Assembly: GCA_964016885.1 (NCBI GenBank)
Contig: OZ024745.1
Span: forward strand, 81,406,001 to 81,470,000
Direction of reading: 5' to 3'
Length of the DNA stretch: 64,000 bases
DNA from: Eledone cirrhosa
Taxonomy: Eukaryota
Part shown: piece by piece, positions 1-14,039 of the stretch
Layout: each line of letters begins with the position of its first letter
Numbering within the stretch: the stretch's first letter is position 1
Notes under the pieces: generated by a model
What the model was told of the DNA's origin: nothing
Seen by the model: the letters and a program-made list of their open reading frames with translations, nothing else
The model's database searches: none
Position numbers and translations under genes: made by a program

Positions 1-330
1 TTCGGTGTTGTTGTCTTTTTTGTTGCTGCTGTTGTTGTCACTGTTGGTAATATTGTTCATGTTTTCCTTGGTGTTGCTATTGTTGCAGTTGTTGGTTGTG
101 GTGTTATTGTCATTGTTCTTGTTGTTGGTGCTGGTATTATTTACCGGGTTTGGTTTCGTAGTTTCAATATTTTCAACGTTTTTCGATAATGCGAAAGGGG
201 AAGGCTGCAAGCTTTGTACTCCTACCTTCCCTCCACCACTTTTCTTAGTGGGCGTGGCACTCACGACAGTGTGCGAGGTGGAAATGGCATCCATTGCTGA
301 CTACCAAATCTACACAGTTTTGAGATGAAA

Positions 331-401
331 ATGAAAATTTCGCCCCAGAAAGGGGCGAAAATTAGTTGACTCAACGTCTGCAGGCCCAGGCAAGGGGTTA
401 A
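331..401 (-). mobile_element. piggyBac-like DNA transposon/MITE terminus
   Basis: Minus strand reads TTAA-CCCCTTGCC..., i.e. a TTAA target followed by CCC, with a subterminal 9-bp hairpin (TTTCGCCCC/GGGGCGAAA at 338-360). The partner end was not found in the window. Confidence 0.4.
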
Positions 402-489
402 CTAAACAATGCTATTAAATTAAGCAATTAACTCACAATTTTTTTGACAATAATCCGTAAAAATCTGGAGCGAAGTAATTCACGTCTAT

Positions 490-850
490 ATCAAGTGGTA
501 ATTGATATAGAGAGGGGGTTGGGAGAGTGTTCCATGTAGTAGATATAGAGAGGAGGATAGTTTGGTGTTAATTGATATAGTGAGTGGGTTTGGGAGAGTG
601 TATTGTATGTTGGATATAAAGAGGGTGAAAGACTGATGTTTATTGATATAGAGAGAGGAATTTTAAGAGAGTTCTGTGTAGTAGATATACAGAGAGGGAG
701 AGGGTATTGTATGTTAGATATAAAGAGGGGGAGATATTTGTGTTAATTGACATAGAGAGAGGGGGTTGGTACAGAGAGGGGGATTTGAAGAAAGGTCTGC
801 GTAGTTGATATAAAGAGGGGGAGAGTTGGTGTTAATTGATATAGAGACGA
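490..850. repeat. Degenerate GA-rich minisatellite
   Basis: GATATAGAGAG(A)GG...TGGTGTTAATT blocks recur at roughly 30-65 bp spacing. Confidence 0.75.
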
Positions 851-859
851 GATAGGGGC

Positions 860-1111
860 ATGCACGTCACCCCCCTCAGTGCAATTATGCCCCCACCCCT
901 CCCGCAATAATTATATTTTCTCCCCAAACTACCAAAACACACATATATTTGGATATGCGCTACAATTTATGTACATGTTATGTTTATTGCATATTGAAGT
1001 TTTCTGAACAATTTAGAGTGCAAAGAGCTAAACTAATCACTACCATTAAATTGTACAAATTTGACCGTCCCCAGCCCCAATCTAAATCCAGAAATGCTTC
1101 CACCGTCCCCG
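860..1111 (+). mobile_element. Dispersed repeat (MITE-like), with a second inverted copy at about 2969-3130
   Basis: ATATGCGCTACAATTTATGTACATG, GTGCAAAGAG.TAAACTAA and AAATGCTTCCA.C..CCCC are shared with the reverse complement of 2969-3130. Confidence 0.55.
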
Positions 1112-1436
1112 ATATTAGTTATAGCTAAACTATGAATCATGAACGGCTGGAAATTAAAATTGACATTGGCGAGATTGAAACTTAAGATGTAAACTATGTC
1201 TGCCTATCACATCTGGTAGCAGTGTTGTGGAGATAGAGTCATCATTCGACACTAGTGTCTAGTGAGGGAATATGAGTAGAGTGGTTGGTAATGAATGAGA
1301 TTGTTACTAGATGAAAAACATTTTTTTTCTTCTCCAAACAACCAATCAAAATAAAGAACACACTTATCACCCAAAACGAATGAGAATTGATATATTTTAA
1401 AGCTGTACGCGAAACATTTGGTCATTAAGCAAACAG

Positions 1437-1525
1437 AAGTCTGATGAGCTTTTCATTCCAGTGTCGGGCCCGATCGATAGAAATCGAACCTTGAGCTCAT
1501 CAATCGCGAAACGCGCGTCGCACTT
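1437..1525 (+). ncRNA. Type I hammerhead ribozyme, long stem II (family shared with 32.7-32.9 kb)
   Basis: CUGAUGA (1441) ...GAAA-CGCGCG-UC (1508-1519). Palindromic stem III; stem I is weak. The downstream flank is homologous to 32900-32960. Confidence 0.65.
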
Positions 1526-1689
1526 AAATAAACTTAATGAAAATTTGACACCTCGTCCCAACTTATTATTAGTATTACACTCTGCTTAGTACAACCACAA
1601 AGTACGAACTGGTAAGGATGTAACTACGCGACGAGTGCTCAATTTGGTGAACCAACAGTAACTTGAAGATACAATCTCTAAACTATATA

Positions 1690-1766
<77 letters not shown>

Positions 1767-1929
1767 GTGTGTGTGTGGTATTTTTACCCGATATCCTAAA
1801 CCTGTATTCACAGTCACAAAACATAACGCTAGTAACCACAAGTTACTCACATAGTAACATAAATGTATATATATATATATATATATATACATACACACAC
1901 ATATTTACTTATACTTACACAGACATACA

Positions 1930-1971
<42 letters not shown>

Positions 1972-2524
1972 TATATATACACATGCACTTTGTTTCGCAT
2001 CCGGTTTATGTCAAGCCGACCACTTGGGACCTCACACATTCATTTACATACGCGCCGGCGCACATGTATAAACACCCTAATTAAAAACAAAGACACACAC
2101 GCACACGCGCACATACACATATGCACATGAAAAATATGTATATATATGCACATGGGTAGCCCTACCTATGCGCTCAAACACTCACATAGCCCACATCCAC
2201 GAAAAGAAATAGAGCCAATGCTTATATATATATCCAACATCTTATAGATCACAACAAGCACTGCATTTTTTTTGTCGAATAACGAGTCTCATGAGCAGAT
2301 GGATAATGGACACGGGTCCATAATTTCTATGGGTGACCTTCAGCGAATCCTCTGCAAAACTCCCGTAACAAGTCGATACATAATAAAAAGAATATATACA
2401 TTAAATGGAACTTCATTCCTTAATATATATACGGAGTCTCCCTGTGCACTGTGTGCTTACTTTGCTACCACCACCACAGTAACTCACTGAATCACACACA
2501 CACATACATTATATATATATATAC

Positions 2525-2961
2525 AGGTGCAATGTCAACTCTGGATGTCGGTGAGCATGTCCAGCTAACCTCAGTCGCCTCTGTGTCAATTTTGAGCTGA
2601 CTTTTGGGATGCTCCCATACAGCTCTCAGTTTTTCATCCTCAGTGTATACTGATTAATGTTCAGAGCCATCCTCAGCATTCTCGTGTAGCACCCATCCAC
2701 TATCTGAGTGAGTTTCTTGGTCAGTGTCCAAGTCTCAGACCCGTACAGCAGCACAGACTCCACTTGTTGACATTGCACTCAGTGCTCCTGTGGGAGCCCC
2801 TACATGGATACACTAGAAGAGGAAGACCAAGGTTAACGTATGTTGATGCCCTAAGGACAGACACTGGTCTGTTGGAGACGCAGGACATGGTAGCGATAAT
2901 GAGGGACAGAGACCGCTGGAGAGAACTCGTCCATGGATCTCGGGAATTTTACCCGCCTTAG
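2525..2961 (+). mobile_element. RTE-clade LINE 3' fragment with 5' inversion
   Basis: Plus part encodes VLLWEPLHGYTRRGRPRLTYVDAL...RDRWRELV. Minus part 2525-2763 encodes ESVLLYGSETWTLTKKL...RLRLAGHAHRHPE, the immediately upstream RT C-terminus. Confidence 0.85.
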
Positions 2962-3232
2962 ATATATACAGGGGTGATGGAAGCATTTCTGAAGAGAGAG
3001 GGGGGGGGGCACATTTGGTCAATTTTAGTTGTGTTTAGTTTACCTCTTTGCACCCTAAAATGGTCAGAAAACATCGCTATACGATAGCATGTACATAAAT
3101 TGTAGCGCATATTCAAAATGCTCTGTACCCTTTCCAAAGGGGTTAATATATCGAACTTCTTCGCATTTGGTAATAGACTGGTATTATACCCAATTTATTA
3201 TACCCAATTTATTATACCCAATTTATTCATCT

Positions 3233-3321
<89 letters not shown>

Positions 3322-3325
<4 letters not shown>

Positions 3326-3482
3326 ATAATAATAAATGTGAAGACTAAAATCCAAAGAGTGCTCGATAAGGTTAAATATATACCAAATATATAAGAGCCA
3401 TAGAACAAATATTTATTAAAATAAAAGATTAAAGTTTAAGCAAAGAATCGCTGCTTTTACCCTTAACGTGAGCTTCTGAAAC
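3322..3482 (-). mobile_element. Short retro-3'-end repeat abutting (TA)n, with a second copy at 46447-46606
   Basis: The two copies of about 160 bp are highly similar, carry AATAAA on the minus strand and end in a TA microsatellite. Confidence 0.7.
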
Positions 3483-3849
3483 TAAAAAAATCAATCTGTG
3501 AACGCAGAAGTAAATATTTCGAAAAACGTTGCAACCGAAGGAAAACAGGAAGACGATACTTTGGTTCGTGAAGACGTTCCCTGGCAATGGACGGAAAAAA
3601 GCGAAGATAATACGTCGTTATATGCAGCGTAATAACAATTGCACGCAAAGACTAAAACAATGTTTATGATATAAATTGAGTCATTAGGCTAATATTCTAT
3701 TTAGGAAACCGAATGATTCTCGGCTTCGGAGTTAAGAATAATCTAAATAAATTAGTTGAAGAAAATGACAGAGGTTATTAAAATCATATATGTATATATA
3801 TTATATATATGTATATGTATATATATAAATGTATATATATATCACCTTG

Positions 3850-4105
3850 ATCACCTTGACCGACCAGTCTGTCGGGCGTTCATTTGGCGCCGCTGGTCAC
3901 AGCACATCGTGCTGTTTTATCCATAAGATAACGCCATCCCACTGGCTGGGCGGGCAGGCCGGCACCTCTTCATCTCATTTCTACAGCTGAGCAAACTAGA
4001 GCAATGTAAAATAAAGTGTCTTGCTCAAGGAAACAACACATCACCCGTCCGAGAATTGAACTCACAACCTTTCGATTGCAAGCTCTAACCACTAGGCCAT
4101 GCGCC

Positions 4106-4110
<5 letters not shown>
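3850..4110 (-). mobile_element. tRNA-derived SINE (family 2), with a related copy at 32416-32520 (+)
   Basis: Box A TGGCCTAGTGG, box B-like GAGTTCAATTC, then GTTT/GTCCTTGAGCAAGACAC. Confidence 0.75.
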
Positions 4111-4142
<32 letters not shown>

Positions 4143-4254
4143 AATTAATATCTAGTAACATATATATACATACAGATGCATATCAATGCTAGCAAATATA
4201 TAGGTTTTGTCTTAGTAACATTGTGGTTCAATGCATGGGGTTGCAGAACAATAA

Positions 4255-4622
4255 TATGAGAGACGTAAAATAAGAAAATTATAAAATTAACTTACTTACT
4301 AAAATATCACTTCCAACTAATTAGTTTCTGGAATGGAGTAAATATATTTTCCGAAGAAGATATAGAGAAACATTCCGTCGTCAGGGCTAGTAATTCAGTC
4401 CACGCTTTGCTATTTCCTATCCACTGAATTATTGTTTTAATACGTTTCCAGAGTCCTCGCTTTGCCTGGAAACTTAGCTGAGAATAGAATTCCCTGACGA
4501 CCGAATGTTTCTCTATATCTTCTTCGGAAAATATATTTACTCCATTCCAGAAACTAATTAGTTGGAAGTGATATTTTAGTAAGTAAGTTAATTTTATAAT
4601 TTTCTTATTTTACGTCTCTCAT
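4255..4622. repeat. Local inverted duplication (4255-4386 / 4493-4622) of a PLE-type 3' end
   Basis: About 130-bp near-perfect reverse complements. Both arms start at CCCTGACGA and the right arm ends at (TA)n. Confidence 0.85.
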
Positions 4623-4772
4623 ATATATATATATATATATATAGAAAGTTATATTTAAATTGTTGGGTTAACAACGAGTAAATATTTATAACTGATATAA
4701 AAGCACTCAACAAGTATTTGGAGTATATTTATGATATTAAATAAATGGAAACTATATTTATAAAACCATATT

Positions 4773-4838
4773 TATTTCGTTATATATATTTCAGGGATAT
4801 CATATTAACAATATGTTATGCCTTCTTCAGACAAAATA
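4773..4838 (-). ncRNA. Minimal type I hammerhead ribozyme in pLTR
   Basis: UAUUUUGU-CUGAAGA-stem II-GAAA-UAUAUA-UA-ACGAAAUA, with an 8-bp stem I. Confidence 0.85.
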
Positions 4839-5959
4839 CAATATAAACAGTCTTATAAATAAATAGATACGACATACCTTTCAATCACCTTGCATTTGGG
4901 AGGTTGATTTGGCAGTAAAAAATATTGTGGACAGTTGTAAAAAGAAAGAGAGAAAGAAAGGAAGAGAAACGAGGCATTATAATGTAAATATCAGTATTCA
5001 TGAATGAGACATGTATCTATAATGTGTGAAAAGTAATGATCTTATGTCTAGTTTTTAAAAATTCATATGTTTATATCATAATTATAAACAAACTCCCAAT
5101 TCACACGTAAACATTCTCATTGTGCTATAAAAATTCAAGTATACATATATGTGTGTATATATACACATATATATAGAGTCTATATTAATTTTAACAATAC
5201 TATTCTTGTTTTTACTCTACATGATTGTCGATCAAGCAGAAATAGAGAACAGATTTCAATATATTAATAAAAATAAAAATAAAAATAAAATAAAAAAATA
5301 AAAATAACAGAGACAAGAAAATAAATAAATAAACAGAAAACTAAAACATTTAATATTAAAAATAAAAAATATTAGAAAATATTAAAAAATAATAAAAATA
5401 AAACATAGTATGCCACGCAAATCGGCCACAGAGATCAGCCTTTCAAAGTTAATTGACAATATATTGCCAAGTTCATCATAAGCATCAGAGTCGAAACAGA
5501 TAAAACAAAAATTGTTTACCAAATCCTGTCTAGCAGAAATCATTCCAAAAGTTTAGGATACCCATTTGGTCTACATATGTTCTTATATTTAATATAGAAG
5601 TTTATCTAGTGTAAAATTTAATTCGATATATTTGGAGCATCAGCTTTTAGGGTAGTTTAATTATTCATGAAGAATGTTTTAATAAAAAGAATGTTTTAAT
5701 AAAAAGAAGAAATCGAAAGATTTATCGGCTAGTTTCATAAATAATTACAAATCAAATCAAACATAACTACATTTTAAATTTAAATTTATATTTAAACGTT
5801 GAGTTCAATCTATGTCTGCAGCAACTGAATAAATTTGGCCGATTTGCGTGGCATACTATGTTTTATTTTTATTATTTTTTAATATTTTCTAATATTTTTT
5901 ATTTTAGGTGATTGAAAGGTATGTCGTATCTATTTATTTATAAGACTGTTTATATTGGA

Positions 5960-6021
5960 TTTTGTCTGAAGAAGGCATAACATATTGTTAATATGATATC
6001 CCTGGAATATATATAACGAAA
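5960..6021 (+). ncRNA. Hammerhead copy in inverted pLTR (GAAA mutated to GGAA)
   Basis: Inverted copy of 4773-4838 with one core substitution. Confidence 0.65.
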
Positions 6022-6060
6022 AAAATATGGTTTTATAAATATTGTTTCCATTTATTTAAT

Positions 6061-6117
<57 letters not shown>

Positions 6118-6118
6118 A

Positions 6119-6149
<31 letters not shown>

Positions 6150-6150
6150 G

Positions 6151-6277
<127 letters not shown>

Positions 6278-6581
6278 TAGAAAATGAGTTTTATTTTACA
6301 AAATGAAAAATAACGAGATGTCCTACACGAGTGAAAGTATAAGGGAAAAAAATGAAATCGAAAATGCAACTGGAGTCTTTTTTAAAATATTTATTTTGTT
6401 GCTTTACCAGTTTCGCAATTCTTGTGCTTTTCAAAAGTAGAATTGAAATGGAGGGTTTGTGGTTTTTCTCATATATATTTTGCAAGAGATGTCAACATGA
6501 ATGGACCTGTTATTTTTATCTAAAGACATTTTTCCAATTCCATCCCGCCCGTCCTCTCAATCTATTCTATTTCTCATTCTT

Positions 6582-6617
6582 TCTTCTGATGAAGTACTAG
6601 CGTCCGAAACGTTAAGA
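6582..6617 (+). ncRNA. Minimal hammerhead (GAAAC-GUU type), with a degenerate relative at about 25166-25203
   Basis: UCUU-CUGAUGA-AGUAC-UAGC-GUCC-GAAAC-GUU-AAGA, followed by a short tail ending at (TA)n. Confidence 0.65.
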
Positions 6618-6701
6618 CCCTGTTCCTGCTATATCAAGCGTTAACCTAATATATACCTTCCATATACTGTACCGATTGTGTTGTTATTTCTGTTTACCTT
6701 T

Positions 6702-6756
<55 letters not shown>

Positions 6757-6845
6757 ATAGTTAAATATTAGACAGGAACAAAAAACAGAGAGGCAGTACA
6801 AATGGTAGTTTATTAGGTTCACGCTTTTGAGAGTGGGGGTGGGGG

Positions 6846-6879
6846 ACGACGTTTTGGGCATAAGCCCTTCATCAGGAGA
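6846..6879 (-). ncRNA. Degenerate minimal hammerhead
   Basis: CUGAUGA-A-GGGC-UUAU-GCCC-AAAAC-GUC. G12 is mutated and stem I is poor. Confidence 0.45.
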
Positions 6880-7446
6880 AAAGTAGGTAGGAAGAGAGTT
6901 CTGAGGGTGTGTGGGGGAGTGGTGGAAAGACATTTTTAAAAAAGGGGGGAGGAAAGAGAAAAGAGAGGAAAAACGATTTTTTTAGAAGTACAAATAAAAA
7001 TAAAAATAAACATAAAAATAAACAAGTGGTGGAAGGGTGTGAGACGTGTAGGAGTGGTGGCGGGTGGAGTTGGGAGAGGGAGGAGGGGGATCCGAGCGGG
7101 GAGGGCTGAAGGTGGTGTTTGTGTATGTGTGTAGGTGTACGAGGTGTGTGTGTAGGTATACGTGTGTGTGTGTATGTATATGAATGTGAGAGTTGGGGGA
7201 AGAACGAGGTTCCATGTTCAGGTAAAGGGGAATCGGTGCGTACATGGGGTGGGGGTGTAAGTCGGTGTGTGCGTGCGTGTGGATGAAGAGGGGTCAGAGG
7301 GGGAGGGGGTCGTGTGGATTCCGGAGGCTGATTGTGAGTATGAGTGTTTTTTCGTGGGTATGTTCCTAAAGTAGTTCCGTGGAGTGTGCGATAAGATGTT
7401 GGATATTTCTCATGTTATAGTGTGGATAGCTGGAACGATGACCGGT

Positions 7447-7489
<43 letters not shown>

Positions 7490-7514
7490 ATATATATGTA
7501 TATATATATATATG

Positions 7515-8110
<596 letters not shown>

Positions 8111-8532
8111 CAGTTTTTATTTGCTTACAATATTTCATCCATACCGTTGGGTAGGAATCATCAGAGCTTAATAAACACAGTGCTGAGTATAAGCTCTACC
8201 AATCTTAGTCACACGAACAATCGGAATACAATAGAGGGTAAAGATAGGGAGATCGGAGATGGTGAATAAGGAGAGAGTACATGCTGGGGTTGTTAAGCAC
8301 CACAGCTAAATGCTAGGGCACAAGCAGATCTCATAAGATGCAGATACAATTGATGGCACACAAAATCAAAAAATACAAACAATGGTTAAAACATAATAAA
8401 AAAGTAAAAGGAAGATAATATAAAGAGATAAAAAGTGAATAAAAAGGTAGAAGATTTTTTTATTTTTTATTTTAAAGGGAAAGGAGTGAAACAAGAAATA
8501 AAAAAATAAAAAAAGAGTTTTAAGCACATTCA

Positions 8533-8671
8533 TTTATTATGGCTATTGGTGAGCTTTGTTACACTAAAGTTTCACCTGCATACTCACAGGAACACCAGTC
8601 TTGTCTGGTGATGCTGTGAGTACGCAGGTGGGACTCCAGAATAACAAAGCTCATCACTTAGCCATAATAAA
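8533..8671. repeat. Imperfect 139-nt palindrome (hairpin/MITE-like)
   Basis: Paired blocks TTTATTATGGCTA/TAGCCATAATAAA, TGAGCTTTGTTA/TAACAAAGCTCA, TACTCACAG/CTGTGAGTA and CACCAG/CTGGTG around a 6-nt loop. Confidence 0.85.
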
Positions 8672-8990
8672 CTAAAATTTAAACTATACTTCGGTATTTA
8701 GTTTTCATTCTTACGTCCGTCAATAATTCTCGTTCTCTCAGGTCTTGAATAACCCCGTCGCCCACGTTTATTAATTTTTCAGATTTTCTCCAGTCACCCC
8801 GAATTTTATATTTATTTATTTATTGCTTTTCCTCTTCTTTACTATATCTCTAATTTGCTCTACGTCCTTTTCTTCTTTAAGTTTATCATATTATTTGTGG
8901 TATAAAACCGTTGAAATTTGATGAAATAAATCACTGCCAATACGGGAATTGAATAATCAAGACCGTAGCGGTATGCCATATATCAAATCC

Positions 8991-9060
8991 TATATTTTGT
9001 CTGATGAGGACGTACTGAAAAAATAGCACAGTACCTTTGAAATATATATAATAAAGTATA
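8991..9060 (+). ncRNA. Minimal type I hammerhead in 5' pLTR (3' pLTR copy at about 12835-12882 is truncated)
   Basis: 10-bp stem I UAUAUUUUGU/AUAAAGUAUA, CUGAUGA, GUACUG/CAGUAC stem II, GAAA-UAUAUA-UA. Confidence 0.88.
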
Positions 9061-9261
9061 TATTTTGATTATGCGAATATTTTTCATTTGTTAACATTTT
9101 GAATATTAAAAACTCCAGGAAATGTTTTTTTTATCTGTTTAGTGCTTCTGATCTATTGTAAAACTGTATTCGTTGAGTAATCAACGAACCAGATTAATCT
9201 TTGGTCATATTTAGCTCCCAGAAGGTTGGGCGCTTCTTCTGTAATAGATTACTAATAAATG

Positions 9262-11596
9262 ATGGAATTCTTCAGGATTTCTACATCTCTCAAGGATATA
9301 CCAATACCATCAAACGAAGAATATATGAGACAACTTATTTGGAAAAACCAACTCCTTCATAATAAGACTGCGGTGGCGTGCTTTCCACTTTGAAAATAAG
9401 GAGAAAATTGATAAGAAAAACACCAACCATAATTTCGATCATATTTTTAGATCTAGGAAAAATCCTCTATACAACAAACTCTTGGCTCATTTCGAAAACG
9501 AAATTATAAGTATATTAAGGAACATTAAATTTAAAAAAAAAAAACATATTGAGGCCAAGAATACCTCAAGGGTCTAAAGGAAAAAATTAATGACATGCAA
9601 AAAATAAATAAAATATTAGTGAAATCAGATAAAACGAACAACCTATACGGGATGGAAAGAACAAATTATAACGACTTAATTTTAAAAGAATTGAGGAAAA
9701 ATTATAAAAAGGCCCCAAGTGAGGATTTATTGGATATTAATAGTGATGCATTTAAAATTATCACCAATCTTGGAATAGAGCGGAAGACTGAACCTTTCAT
9801 ACCAAAGCAACTGCGGATAAATTTTAAAGACTATAAAAGAAATTTCGAAGAGGACTTACCAGTTAGACTTATAGCACCTTCTAAATCAGATCTTGGAATA
9901 ATTAGTAAAAAATATAATAGATAGGATTTTACCAACACTTAAATTGAGGTCACGGCTAAATCTATGGAAAGGCACTAGTGAAGTCATAGATTGGTTCAAT
10001 AATATCAAAAATAAAAATAATTATAAGTTCATTCGAATGGATATAGCGAGTTATTATTCCTCGATAACTCCTAATCTATTAAATAAGGCGCTATCATTTG
10101 CATATAAACACACAGACCTATCTAGTGATGAGATAAATATTATATTAACAGCAAGGCGAACTTTAATTGATTTTAATAATGATCTTTGGACCAGGGCGGA
10201 TAGACAGAAGAAGTTTGACATTACTCTGGGTTGGTTAGATTCGGCGTAAGTTACAGATCTTGTGGGCATTTTTATCCTTAACATGATAAATAGAAAACTG
10301 TCGGAGATTACCGGAGGTTTATATAGGGACGACATACTATTTATTGTAGAAAAACATAACAATAGCGAATTAAATAGAGTAAAGAAAGTAATTATAGAAT
10401 TTTTTAAAAATTACGACCTGAAATTAGAAGTAGAAAATAATAATAAAATAGTTAATTTTTTAGATGTGACTCTAAATTTGAACTCAGGCCTTTATTATCC
10501 TTTCCATAAAGTCAATGAGAACTTAAATTGTATTAGTTTTTATTCTAATCATCCTAAAAGTGTTAAGAATGCAATAGTCAACAGTGTACAACAACGAATA
10601 TCCAGACTGTCTGCTAATAGATCCATATTTAATAGTAAGGCTGTATATTATAATGAAGCGTTACATAAAGCTGGATATAACAATAATATTGAGTATATAG
10701 AAAAAATACTGAAACTAAAATTAATTATAATCACAGTAATCATAATAAAAATGAATATAAAAACAACAACTTGAATAAATCGGGGAAAAAAATAAGAACT
10801 AGATCTATAATTTGGTATGCTCCGCCAGCATCTTTAGCTATTAAAACACCTGTAGCACATTTATTTTTTAAAGCTTTGGATAAATGCTTCCCTAGGTCAC
10901 ATAAATATTACTCTATCTTCAATAGACACATAGTTAAACTTTCTTATTCAACAACTATGAATATTGCTCAAAATATAGCAAAAAAAAAAAATCTTAAGTT
11001 GAACCAACCTATAATTAGCAACAATATCAATAACAATATATTAGTTAATGGGAATAACAATAATAATAGTTTAAACACGAATAATAGTAGAACACCTTTA
11101 AATAATAATGGGAATAGTTTAACGTCTGTAAATAACACTGAGAAGAAATGTAATTGTAGAAAGAGGTCTGAATGTCTTTTACAAAATAATTACCTTGACA
11201 AAAATCTAGTATATAAATGTACCATTAAGACAAATAATAATATATATAACTACATAGGGGCCACCTCTCTAAATTTAAGGATCATTGGTATAATAATAGA
11301 CACTCTTTCAATAGACCAGATAAGAAATGTTCAACTTCACTTTCACAACTAGTATGGTCTTTAAAGGACAATAATATTAAATACTCCATCTCTTAGACGA
11401 AATTAAAGAATGCTGCTTCCTATCGGAACTCAACTATTTCGCAAATTTGCAATCTTTGTAACCTTGAGATTCTACAGATAATTACAAATTATGACAATTT
11501 AATCAACAAAAAAATGATTTATTTAGTAGTTGTCACCATAAAATTGGTAAAACTTTCCAGGCAATGTACAAGTTTCGAAAAAATATTGACAATTAA
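9262..11596 (+). pseudogene. PLE RT + GIY-YIG ORF, with frameshifts and stops
   Basis: MEFFRISTSLKDIP start; KSDKT, VRLIAPSKSDLG, MDIASYYSSI, GLYRDD, NFLDVTL, SNHP, CNCRKRSEC and VYKC...YIG motifs are spread over ORFs 9595-9924, 9944-10249, 10262-10774 and 10771-11352. Confidence 0.92.
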
Positions 11597-13813
11597 TAAT
11601 TTAAATATATATATATAAGTTTTGCCTTATTGTAGTAATAATTTATTGTTATTTATATGTATTAGAATAATTTCATTAAGAGTCTCGTTTGATTAGGACA
11701 GTTCAATATTTAACTAGACATCAATTATGATATATACAATAGATGATTTATGGCTTTCGTAATATCGCTGGACGTGAGAGTATAGATATGTTATAAATGC
11801 TTGTATAAGTTAAATGAGTTATCTTCCTTTTGTTTACATTGTCCGTAAAAATTTCTTTTTGACTAGCTTGCTAAATTATATTAAATATGTAATATGTAAA
11901 TTAATAATATATAGACTATCATCAAAAGGAAACTATATATCAAAAGAAGTAAATATAACCTTTCATTAAATTAATGAAAATAAACTTTTGAGAGTAAATA
12001 TAACTACAGTTTGATTCTAAATGAATAGTAAAGCTTTTATAAAGAGAATCTCTAAATTAAATTAAATAATTTTGGTAATAAATGATTTAAATATATTATC
12101 TGTATTGATGATGATTTATGCATGGTAATATATTTTAATACATATTTAATAATTATTTAAATAAGCTTTAAAAATTAATTCTCTTAAAGTTGTAACAAAA
12201 TATTTATAGAATATCTTACCTTAAAATTAAAATTGTAATAATCTATATGAGTTAAATTAAATGATATAAATTTATTATTAAATTAAATTATGTGATTGCT
12301 ATAGAAAGTAATCTATACTGAATAATCTTGATATAATATATAAGTATAATTAGCTAAAACATAATCAAATACAAGAGATATTCAATTGTTTATGAATATG
12401 AATAGATTTGTTTATGAATAGATTTGATTTCTTATTTTACCTAGCATTTGAAAACAACGGTTTTTTTTTATTCCCCTCTATTCGGAGTTTCCTTATCTTT
12501 CTCTATTTCTCTTTACTCCCATTCATTCCCTTTTACTATCCCCACACCTTCCCTCTCTTTTGTCGTTATTCCTCTTTTCTTTTTTATATATTTCTTTTCT
12601 TCTTTTATTCATGCATCCATTTCTTTTTTTATTCATTTATCTATTTATGTATGTATTTATTGATTTCTTGCCTTTCCTCTTCTTTACTATATCTCTAATT
12701 TGCTCTACGTCCTTTTGTCTTTAAGTTTATCATATAATTTGTGATATAAAACGTTGAGATTTGATGAAATAAATCACTGCCAATACGGGAATTGAATAAT
12801 CAAGACCGTAGCGGTATGTCATATATCAAATCATATATGTTGTCTGATGAGGACGTACTGAAAAAAACAGCACAGTACCTTTGTACTGAAAAAAAAACAC
12901 CACAGATATGGTCGGTTTAAATGCTAAAGTGTTAAAAGAGAGGACATCTTAAAGCTGATCATTAAAAACTACCAAGATTGGAAATACAATATATGTTGTC
13001 AAAAATCTACCAACTATAAACAAAATGTTTTTGTACATGGAGACTACGAAAGGATTCAACAACAGAAACTTTTAACTGCTTTACAGTTTCCTTTGTTTTT
13101 AATTTTTTATTCATCTTCTTTTGACTTCCGTTGGCCTTCCCATTTTTTTTTTATCTCCGTCTATTTTGCTTTTGTTTCTTATCTGTAAGGGATACTAAAT
13201 CCCCCTCCCTAGTCTGTAAAGGCTTACTAGCTAAACGCGAACGTTTAAATTGATTAAATAAATAAATAAATAAATAGATAAATAGATAAAGCAGTTTTTG
13301 TCTACTCCAAGATAATGTAGGGTTTGAACTCCAGCAAACGGTGTACTCGTCGGTTAAACTGTATCCTTACTACATATAACAACGAACTATGCTTCAAGGT
13401 GGTATCTATATATAAAGGAAAAAAACTTGGCCGTTGATAGTTTAATGCCATTTTTTTGGCAAAATTTAAAGAAACAAAAAATTGATTAAAGAAATCGATA
13501 ATGAATCTCGAAAATTGAACAGGAAAAGCAAGAAAAGAAATATATATAATCAAATTTTATTCTGGCATAGAAATAAATATATTTTTGTCCTCATCTCTTA
13601 ATGATTGTTAGACCGATCAAGTTGTTCAATTACACAAGTTGTTATAAACTTTTGGTTCAACATTGATTATACTGTACTGAATTTTCTCATCAACCAAATC
13701 TACATTGTGTATCTTTCCTTTGTGTACTTGTTGAAAACTGATGAAGTGATGGGATAAAATAGAATAAGAACAATATCTTTCAAAAGGAATCCCTGGTGGT
13801 TTTTGATATTATG

Positions 13814-13931
<118 letters not shown>

Positions 13932-13936
13932 TACAC

Positions 13937-13995
<59 letters not shown>

Positions 13996-14039
13996 TTTTG
14001 AGTTTATGTTGGTTGTATACCAACACCTCAGTATGCAGG

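Larger units (their letters stand above)
4643..6064 (-). mobile_element. 5'-truncated Penelope-like element with inverted pLTR pieces (family of 46.6-51.0 kb)
   Basis: 5767-5835 matches the ORF 3' end at 48457-48525. 4735-4888 is inverted at 5906-6064 and 5365-5427 at 5836-5905. (TA)n lies on both sides. Confidence 0.9.
8827..12882 (+). mobile_element. Near full-length decayed Penelope-like element with direct pLTRs (8827-9038 / 12672-12882)
   Basis: Direct terminal repeats of about 210 bp flank a disrupted RT-GIY-YIG ORF. Confidence 0.92.

Noticed and set aside
5-328. Hydrophobic 107-aa ORF
   Set aside because: It arises from low-complexity (GTT)n-like sequence and has no ATG start or recognisable domain.
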